From Amoeboaphelidium protococcarum X5 (Eukaryota; Fungi; Aphelidiomycota): 64,000 nucleotides of DNA. Position 1 is the first letter of the stretch. Each line of letters begins with the position of its first letter. The notes under the pieces are model-generated. The model had not been told where the DNA came from, did not search any database, and worked only from the letters and a program-made list of their open reading frames with translations. The stretch spans positions 1,341,580-1,405,579 of the forward strand of contig JALDTO010000266.1 of NCBI GenBank assembly GCA_023515725.1, read 5' to 3'. Below are positions 54,343 through 64,000 of the stretch, piece after piece. The translations under genes were made by a program, and so were the position numbers.

Positions 54343-56832
54343 ATGGAGCCATAATTATCATCAGCATAATCTTAATTTGAATAGGCAAGTTTTTCTATTG
54401 GATTTTATATTTTACACATAAATTATCCTGCTGATTATATTAAATAATTGTAGAAAGTGGAATAATGGATGAAGTTGGATATATCTTTTGATATAAATTC
54501 TATTGCTTTGAGTAGAGATGAATAGAAAGCCGTGGTGATTAGTCTCTTACTTCGACTGAATGTATTGCAAATATTATAAGTTAATATGGTGTAATTGCAT
54601 GAATACATTAGTACAGTGGAAGCTTTATACCAGCAAGTACCTTATCATTGCTTTGAACATGCAGTCGATGTCACCTTAGTATCGTTTATCTTATTCTAGG
54701 ATTTTCTAAAGTTGTAATAATCTTTTGGAAATTGCGATAACAATAAAGATAATAATATGGATAATCGTGTCAATGTTTAGTTAAGTGAACTTGATGGAAT
54801 TATGCTCATGTTGGCTGCATTATGTCATGATGTTGGTCATCCGGGATTAAATAATCTGTTCCATGTCAATGCAGAGTCTGATCTTGCAATGCTGACTGGG
54901 GAAGAGTCTGTGCTTGAGGTTCTCTCTGCAGCTTACTGTGTAAAGTTATCTCGTCAGGTCGGTATTCTTTTGAGTTGTACAGATAGATGGTAGTAGGAGT
55001 AGTTGATGTATGAAATGATTCTGGCTACTGATATGAAATACCACTACAACATCAAGAGTATCCTCAATGATTATGAAGTGTCTCGCGATAATCCAAGTTC
55101 TCTTTACGCCTGTAAGAAATTGCTGCTCTGCTCTATCCTTCATTGTGCCGATATTTCTAATCCTTGTCGATAGTTCCCGCTGGCTAAGCAATGGTCAGAT
55201 ATGGTCTAGACTGAATTTTATGCTCAGGGTGATTTGGAATAGTATCTCGGTCTTCCCATATCACCCAACATGAATAGACCCACTGCAGTACAAGATAGTC
55301 CTTAATAATAGTAATAGTATTAAATATTATAGTAACAGTAGTAAATGTTCACGTCTTCTTCAACTTTGGATTAGACAGATTAGAATGTAAGGCGGCAGTA
55401 TATATCGAAGCAGGTGGAGATGGCATTGAGCTTTGGTGATTTTATTGTGAAGCCATACCTGGAGAAGATGGAGAAATTTGGTACTCAGATATTTGGATGT
55501 TCATCTATCGATTCCATTCAGTATATGATTGAAGGTGTGAGTAGTAATAGAGAGCAATGGCTAAAGTTGAAGAAAGACAGCGAATAAAGTGGTTCGTATC
55601 ACTCCACAAAGCCGTCCACGTTAACCTCTAGTTACAATTAGTCAGAGACGTCAGTGGCTGATGTGCCATCTCCTCATGGCCTCCCATAAAGTCCATCTCG
55701 CAAGCAGTTGGCCCAGGTTAACAGAAGATTGTCCGTTGCATCTGGTGTAATTCAACTAACTGATAATGAGAATGAAGAGGATCATAATGCTCGTAGCAGG
55801 CTGGGTAGAAACTTTACCCACTCCACCTTGAAGTTATCTCTCGGCTCCAAACTGTCAGGGCTGTCTGAAAGCTTGACCAGCAGCATGTCTAGCAGAGTTT
55901 CCAGTCTGGCTGCCATAAAGAGCAGACGCTCCAGTGCTAATTATCAACCTGATATTTAGACTCCCAACGCTGGCATCTCATCGTCGTCTGAGTAGAACTA
56001 GTATACAAAACGCAAGCCCAGTATAACAACGCCACATAAATTATTCGCGGTAGCCAGTGGAATTTAATTGGTGTCTGCTGAGAATAAAACTGATGATGTA
56101 CTGGATTCTGGTAGTGTGATTGGCGCTGACAATAGCGATCCTCTATTTGACTTTTCTAGAGCTGGATTCTTATTTAAGAAGAGGCTGTCAGAGCAGAATG
56201 ATAATCACCATCACTTTACCGTTGTATAGGAGTAGATGATCAGGAAGTTGAATGGATTGAGTCGTCTCAGTCGGCCCAAAGGATATCTATACAAGGTCAA
56301 AACTGCGCAGAATATCGAATTTTAGTCTGGTCGAATGTATTAAAATTACATCAAAGCACTAGGATCTAATGAATCTCTGCTCTCGTCGGATGACTAGAAA
56401 GCGATGTAATAGTAAACGCAGTAGTATCGAACAGCTTAATCTTCAGGTGGATAAATTGTACAACGATAGAAGGGGAAGAAGCTGCTCAAAACTGTGCATA
56501 CTTTATCACTGAAAAGTAATAACTCTTCATCCTCCAAGTCTGCACATATTACCTAATCTCCAACGGTGGAGTACAATAAATGGATCCCGTGGAGGGGTGG
56601 GGATGGTCGAGCGTCTTCAGATGATGATCTAGTGCTAACGTCAACGGCAGGAATACTAAGCGTATCTAATTCTGAATTAAACAAGGCCGCTGAAGGTCAA
56701 GACAGTAGTAATAGTAATAGTATGAGCCCAACGAGAAGAGGTCGAAATTTCACTTTAGGTACGTTGATGCGTCAGAAAGACCAGGAAGAGTCTTCCCTCT
56801 CTCTGAAGGGAACATCGCAAAAGAATCTATGA
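54343..56832 (+). CDS. Class I 3',5'-cyclic nucleotide phosphodiesterase with long S-rich C-terminal tail
   Basis: PYHCFEHAVDV, AALCHDVGHPGLNN, ILATDM, LHCADISNP, EFYAQGDLE, FGDFIVKP. Confidence 0.92.
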
Positions 56833-56930
56833 ATAGTGCTATTGACAGATTATAAACGCTATTTCTATTAATAATTGCAACTTGAAGCTTTACTTTCAAA
56901 ATATATATATTACAGTACTCTGCATACAGA

Positions 56931-59900
56931 TCACTGTTTTTGTTACTACTTTTTACCTTTCTTCCCACCACCTTTGGACTTACCACCAGTGGATTATGAT
57001 GTTAGATTGAAATTCTGCTGCTACAGTTATTATTACTGCAACAAAATCTACTACCGCAAAAGATTCTACATTGCCTGATTATTGCTAAAATTGGCGTTAG
57101 AGGGTGATTATGAGAGCTGAGATTGAGGCAGCTACTGTGACGCCATCTGATTCTAATTCCAAATCTATTGAGGATTAATACCTTGACCCGCAGAATTTTG
57201 TGCTCCCAACAGCGCAGTAAGATTATTCAAGTCTAAACCGGAGCTAGCACCACTGTTAGAGAGACCAATGTTTCCAAGAGCATTATTACTATTGCCTGAG
57301 ATTCCACTAAAGTTCAGCGGAAGTTGAATGTTACTACTGGCCGATCTAGCTAAATTACCACCCAATTAACCACTTTGCTACAACTATTGCTATAATTGTA
57401 ATAAATTTAGAGATGATTACGTTTTCCCAATTTAAGGCTACTATTAAGACTGAATTGACTACTGCTACTACTACAAAAGAAGCTGTTATTACAATTGTAA
57501 CATTTAAGCAGGAGTCAGAGTGGAGCCACTGTTTCCCTACTGAGCAAGTTATTACTACAGTTGAAGTAACTATTACGCAGAATTCTAGTTAAGGAGCTAT
57601 TTCTAAAGCAGCTGCGCCTGTTGCTACATTGTAAGCTGAGACTGTAACATCTGTTGCTACTACTACTGCTGAGGTAATGTCTATTACTATTATTACTACT
57701 GCTGCTAGAGGCGAAGCTATTGCTGTAGTAAAGCCTACTACTACTATTGCTACTGTTATTTTAGCAAGAGCAGCTACTATTATTACTAAGTGAGACCAGA
57801 TGCCTATAATTGCTGAAGCTGACTCAAATTTTGAGATAATTAGTTCCCATTACCCTAAGCCAAAGATATAGAGTTCACTGATGACCCAGGAGGAGTATCA
57901 GCCGGAATGGGTGTCCCAGATTGTTATTACTATTGTTGAGGACTGCTCTAACCTTAACCAGCCAGTTGGCGACTCTTCATCTACTAATGTTTGGCAATCT
58001 TTAACTTCAGCTGAGCGGTGAAATTTTTATACTCTTCAGGCACTTGATCAGGAGGCATTTTTAGCAATTACTACACGAAAGCTTTGGACAAATTTACAGG
58101 TGTACCGCCTTCGCTAGATTTAGGACTCTAATTCTATAACTAAAGCTGCTACTAGACACCTCCTAGCCTAGATCCGCCAGCACTACTTCCACTGACATCA
58201 GCATTATTCTACAGAAGCGATTAGTTTTTGAATTGGTTCTACTGCAATTTTGAGAGATCAGTGAAGTTGAGCTAACTATTCCTGCCATTATTACTATTAG
58301 CAATGCCCATAGGAATAAGAGAATTAGTCGAACTCGATGCAGAATTAGTGGGAGATGTGACAACATTTGCTCTTTAATTGCTCCCAGATTAAGCAGTAAT
58401 GGAAGACTAATTAGACTACGCTGCCTGAAACTAATTAAACTGAGGAGCATCGCCACCAAAGGACAATCTGTTAGACGCATCTGGCTACGACTGCTCCAAT
58501 CCACCACTGAGTTAACTTTTTGAGGTGGAAGGGGATAGATTGACCATACCAACAGGACCCAGACTGTGTTTTCTACTGCTTCCTTACACGGACTAGACAA
58601 GATCGACATTAGAAGATTACTGAGAGGCTAGTGTTTACTGCAATTACTACTATTACGATTTCCCTTTTCCTGACTTTCCAGCACTACCAGTCTATTTCAA
58701 CTGCTAGGACAGAGGCACGATATTACTAAACCCATTGCTAACCTGACGCAGATGCTGAGCACTATTTTACAACTATCCAGATGATCCATTAGCAACACCA
58801 TCTTTACTCAAAGCAGCGTTATCAGTAGACGGCTTAACACCGCCTGCAAGTAATGGTGAATGTATCTTGTCCTACTTATCGAGCTTCTACTACTGCTACT
58901 ATAGCGCATACACAATCTAATTGACATCATTCTGAGATCGATAGTCATTCGACAGCTAATTCTGCTCACATTGAGTGTACAGCATGTTGAAATGACGGAG
59001 ATAGAGCTCAGTCTGAGAAGAATCTGTCAATGTAAAAATCCGATGATAGCCATTCTTACAAGTGTCCACTTCACTTCCACACCCAATCTCAATGTCAAAT
59101 GTGGAATCGGAATTGGCGTAGATGTTGACGATAGTAAATTGAGGATCTGGCTGCTTGCGCTCAGGCAACACAATCAATGGCTGCTTCACATATCTAATGG
59201 TGCGAATAAGTTTCTGCAATACACCATCACGATCTCTTCTTCGGAATCCACGTTGACTATTCTTGTCCACAGAGGGAAGCTATAGCGTGGATTTCTCAGC
59301 CTGGGAGCTCTTTAACTCAAGCAAAGTGTTAAAAAAGTTCTTTCGCTAAAAAGCTTGAGCAGCACTATTATTATTATTAGTACCACCACTAATAGCATTC
59401 TTATTTTCATTACTACTGCCATCTCCATTTAGTAAATTGGAGCCATTGCCAATAGATGATTGATTAGAAGTTGCAATTTAATCAACGACGCCGCTGGATT
59501 CAGCTATAGATCCGGGCAAATTGAATTCAAAAGCCATAATCATCTCCATCTCACTATCCTCCTCACTGACATTAAGAACGGATTAATCGGTGAATCTAAA
59601 CTATCTATATTCATGTCTCTTTACGATATTGAACTTTTTCTTATTATACTCCACCTGATTCAATGAACGTCCCACCAAAGGACTCGGATTAAGACAGACT
59701 TGATGATTAATATTTAAGAGTTTCGCCTCGAATTCCAGCATTTACGACTCTGACAACTACAATTTATCCTTGACTCTCTCTAGATCCATCATTTGAGCCT
59801 CTGCAGTGGGGAACGCCATTATATTAACCACTTCCTAATTTCGATCATCTTCATTCAGGATGATTATCAATTCCACCACGATTCCTCCTTCATAAAATAC

Positions 59901-60410
59901 GGCGCTACTCAGATCAAGAAGCTTCAGTAACTCTGGGCCAAACTCATGATACTCGACCAGATCCACCAAAATCTTGTAATATGGTCCTTGATAGGGGAAC
60001 AGCGTGTGACAGACTCCAATTTTAAAGTAACGATTGTGCAATTCAATCGAGAGCGACGATTTAAATTCTGGTACTTTATCAAGCGCAAATGCTCGTGTAA
60101 ATCGCTTATCCTTCAGCATCTCCTTGGCCTAAACATCGGCAAGACGTTTCTTCAGTAGACTGTGATAGTGATCAGAAATTATGCCGCTCTGTCTGCTCCT
60201 CACCTTGACCAGGGATAAATGAATCTTTTCATTATAGTCTAGAATCTGCATCAACTGCTTAGACTCCACTCGATGATCCATCTACTTATTCAGTAAATTT
60301 CGAATCTTTTAATAGTGTTGCTCACACTGCAGTATAGAACTATTACTATCAGTCTTGGTCAATAACTGTGGATGATGATGATCGTCATCAGAACGTAACA
60401 CTTTCGCCAT
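56931..60410 (-). CDS. SPT20: SAGA subunit Spt20 with very long polyQ C-terminal region (1159 aa)
   Basis: SLSIELHNRYF..FPY..PELLKLL..FYEGGIVVEL, VCLNPSPLV, IRTIRY..TIVNIY; Q-rich tail encoded largely by TAA/TAG. Confidence 0.75.
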
Positions 60411-60745
60411 GCCTTAAGAGGTAATTAAATTCTAGTTTAGTGATGTTTAAGACTAACAAATACTAAATATATCAGCGGTAAATCCACCAGTAAAGTAAAG
60501 TGATATAAGTCACGAAGTCAGAGTTTCAATTAGTTTCAAAGAATAGAGCGATGATTTGACAGATAAGAAGGACGAACTTGCTCGTTCGCTGCAATACTGA
60601 ACAGAGAAGAAACGCGAGTGGAAGAAGGATGTTTCATTCGATATGTCGTAACACATTGACCATGTAATATTACGCGTTGATGGACCCTCCATTTAAAATT
60701 AAGAATCAAATAAATTATAAAAGTTCATCACCAAACTATTGTCGA

Positions 60746-61441
60746 TCAGTAACCGGCCGATGCATAAGGGTAATGACCGACTTGAGGAGGATACTGCTAC
60801 TAGTGCTGTTGGTGCTGTTACGCGTACGCATTATTAAAATAATCTGCTTACTACTACATCTACTACTGCGCGTATGGTTAGAGGCCTTCTTATGCAAACT
60901 GCTACTATTGACCGCCTTATTAGAAACCACGACGACTCATTCCAGCATACTGTTCTGCGTATGGATCTTGATTCCATTACATATCACCATTGTTTGATTG
61001 ATACGCGCCTTAATACTGCTAGCCTTAGTACTATGCATAGCTTTGTGGCATTTGCGCCCCTAAATGACTTTGCACAGGAAGAGCAGCAGTTGGAGGCGGC
61101 GCAGTAGGAGGTGCAGGAGGCACGTTAATCTTTATGTCATTCACGTTATGATTATTGACTTTGGTAGGTGCAGCAGGTGGAGCGACTACTACAGGAGGAG
61201 GCGCTGGCTCTGCTGATCGACTTTGACTCATACCTGAGCCGAGCATCTCCGTTGCAATTGATCCAGCTGCTCCGACCAAGGCTCCGACAAATCTCTTTTT
61301 TAAATGCTGAACGCCTTCTGTGCCTTTACAATCATTATTAGTACAAGCCGCGTTAGTATTTTTCACTATAGTCAGTGCGTTGGTGTTTTAAATTGATGTC
61401 AGACTGATCAACAATAAGATCATCGCTGTTGCATTTTTCAT
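60746..61441 (-). CDS. Secreted pre-pro-protein (231 aa): signal peptide, Cys-pair pro-segment, KKR site, hydrophobic Gly/Ala peptide, Pro-rich linker, Q/Y/G-rich tail
   Basis: MKNATAMILLLISLTSIQNTNA | LTIVKNTNAACTNNDCKGTEGVQHLKKR | FVGALVGAAGSIATEMLGSG...; ends TGA. Confidence 0.75.
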
Positions 61442-62330
61442 CTACTATTTTCGAAACAACATTTTGGCGATATTGATCTGCTTTCTATGTAAATTCTAAA
61501 TCGTATAATCCTCCAAGAGACTGATTACACTAAATGTAAAGTAAAGAAGAGAAATTGCAGAGCCCAGTTTATATCGTGTCATTAAGCACGCAACGTACAA
61601 CATCATGATCAGAGTTATGCTAACACGAGATTTATGATCGCGATAGCCAATAGGAAAATTGAGATTCCAAAAATCACAAGGCTAAGACTTATAAACACGC
61701 GCTATTTCCAAGCATTAAGATTGCATTAGATGTCTCATGTATAGTAAAGAGGAGATGCAGTTTTATCTCTATCACATATGGCTCTTCTTTAAACAGTGTA
61801 TCAGCTTTCATTAAATTTCTGAGTCTACTGTAAGTGAAGTCAAAGTGATCAATCACCGTGGCATTTTATGGTGAACCAAGTTACATCACTGCTGATACTA
61901 GGAAAATGCACCTGACACTACAATACTCACCTAGAATCGAGATTTAAGTCTCAAACCGGCCGTACTTCATTAGAATCGAATCAGCCCAATTTGGGGCTCG
62001 AACGGTCCAAAAGGAGCCCGAAAATGCGCTGATGTGATAACTTTTTCTAAATTGCGCCCAATCACTTGCTAATTTAGAAGAATATTGCACTAGGTGTATT
62101 CTGCAGTCAGCTGTATATTTACAGCACGCGATCAACGGGAACTGCAAATCATCAGTCATTCTGTTTCACAAAAGCTGTAGCCGCTTAGACTTCTCCTCCT
62201 TCAAAGAAGTTGAAACAATCGGCCAGTCGTTCGTTCGTTCGTTCTTATATCTCTTCCCCAATTGTTGTGGTTAATTAGTCATCAACTTTATATAAATACA
62301 CTATTTTAAGCATTTAATTACCAAACGACA

Positions 62331-64000
62331 ATGACCTTGATTAAGTATCATATCAATGTGCCTTCCGTAGATCCATCTCGTCAGTTGTATCCTGTCAATT
62401 CTGCTGGTTAACCTTTATACAAGTCTCTGCTGAACACCAAGTTCTTTGGCGAGTCTCAAGAGGATGCTGGCTTGTAGCAATAACAACGTTTCTTGATAGA
62501 GTCTCAAACCGGTTTGTAGGTGGAGGGAAATAACCCAGTTTATGTGGCTCAGACTGTGAATCTAATCTAAATGTCCAAGATGTTTGAGCAGTTGTCTCAT
62601 CTGTCCAAAGTGTCTGCCACGTTATTCGAGTCAACAAAGCAGCACTTGGACAAGATCCAGTAGAGATTGGACAGTTCTGCTCAGAGAGTTGAAGCGCTGA
62701 AGAAGGTGATTCCGCTCGTTTAGGAGAAGATGAGCTCCCAGCTGCTTACAGATGGGCTTGGTAATGAGAGAACTGATTACAAGAACCCATTTACACCTGA
62801 TCAGCAATTGTTCGCTGCCGGCCCCAATGATAAGAATGGATCTCATCTACCATTGGCTATCAGAGACATTTACCGGAATAAGTGTATGGCTCCACCAATG
62901 TTGTAGATGCTGGATCAGTTCAGGGAGGATGGATCGAGTAGTATGAAGCATTACTCTTATCCTCAGTTCTTTATCGAGCAATGGAGATTGTTGATGGAGA
63001 AGGAGGCTGCTAAGGAAGAGTCTACTTTAGTCACTACCGGAGCAGGTAAGAAGAAAAAGAAGAAGGTGAAGAAGGATGGAGAGTCAAAGAAGAGTAAAGC
63101 TGTCAAAGCTGCTGATGTTCAGGTGAAAAGATATAATAAGGCTGGAGAGCTGATCGTTGATTAAATTGGGTCTCCGTAGCCTGTTGAGACAATGCCACAG
63201 TAGTAAGACTTGTCTTAATCAGCTTCACAATAATAGTATGTTGCCCAGCAATAGTTTTAAACCTCCAGTGTTCCATACCAAGATTTTGCTCCTCCTGCTA
63301 TAAGTGTTGCCAATTATAACACTTAGAGCATTCCAAATGACATCATGCCTTAGTCGCCTCCGTCTGCCATGGCTCCACCTCCGCCTCCACCATTTTAGAG
63401 TGCGCCTGGTATGAGCTCTGGTATCCCTGCTCCGCCGCCTTTGAATGTTTCTGTAGGATTTCCTTCGATTCCCGTGGCCTCACCGCCTGTAGGTAACATG
63501 CCAATGCCGCCAATGCCACCCGGAACTCCATTAAGTGCATTCGGAATGCCTCTAAGTGCTCCGCCGCTCAATTCTCCTGTGTCCATGCCATCAATGCCAT
63601 CTGGTATTCCTCCTTTGAACATTGCTGCTAACGTTCCGCCTCCAATGGTTGGAAATGTGCCACCAATGTTTAACATCGGCAATATGGGTAATCTGCCACC
63701 ACCTCCTATGATGAATATGATTGGTAAAATGCCGCCTTAGATGGGTAGTATCGGTGTGCCGCCAATGCCATTGGGCCTGCCTCCGCCGAATCTAATTGGT
63801 TAACCATCATCAATACCGTAAATGCCTTTTCCAATGATGTCACCAATGTCTGGATTTCCGGGCGTTCCTCCTGTGGGCAATATACCAGCACCGCCAGTAT
63901 TAGGACAAATAGCAAAATCACCTGCAGGCTTTGATTCGCCTATGCCACCCGCCGGACCACCACCTGCTCCCATGGCGAATGTACCTGCAGCACCTGCTTT
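62331..64000 (+). CDS. WAVE/SCAR Arp2/3 activator, 3' truncated by window
   Basis: SCAR-homology blocks EQLSHLSK, DQQLF, LPLAIRDIY..C..PPMLQMLDQFREDG..MKHYSYPQFFIEQW, then a basic KKKKKK region and a polyproline region. Confidence 0.9.

Overview
Gene-dense eukaryotic nuclear DNA (about 40 protein genes in 64 kb) from a fungus-like opisthokont that does NOT use the standard code. TAA and TAG occur in-frame at invariant Gln positions in many conserved proteins, and every complete gene I traced ends in TGA (translation table 6). The supplied ORF track is therefore fragmented; coordinates below come from manual re-translation with TAR=Gln. Fungal-type genes (Crh-like GH16, Mrp51, Tvp18, Ist2-like anoctamin), a WAVE/SCAR gene and this code fit an aphelid such as Amoeboaphelidium protococcarum, for which TAR=Gln is already known; the taxon call is an inference. 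Housekeeping genes: GRC3, MAK16, LSM12, NDUFS8, RPS26, eRF3, NOT3, RhoGDI, mt-L12, PKA-R, ARP1, BiP, SYO1, ERD2, Pol III C37, MBOAT, APS kinase, AsnRS, ETF-beta, GSK3, PDE, SPT20. Most interesting items: a secreted precursor with a KKR cleavage site exposing a fusion-peptide/cytolysin-like segment; an actin-fragmin kinase head-to-head with ARP1; a stand-alone Cdt1 C-terminal-domain gene; a restriction-endonuclease-fold (Crinkler-type) ORF in an accessory island; a PDE lacking the invariant Gln; TAR codons concentrated in disordered regions; and a near-invariant TGTAG 3' splice site. No rRNA, tRNA, CRISPR or recognisable transposon was found.
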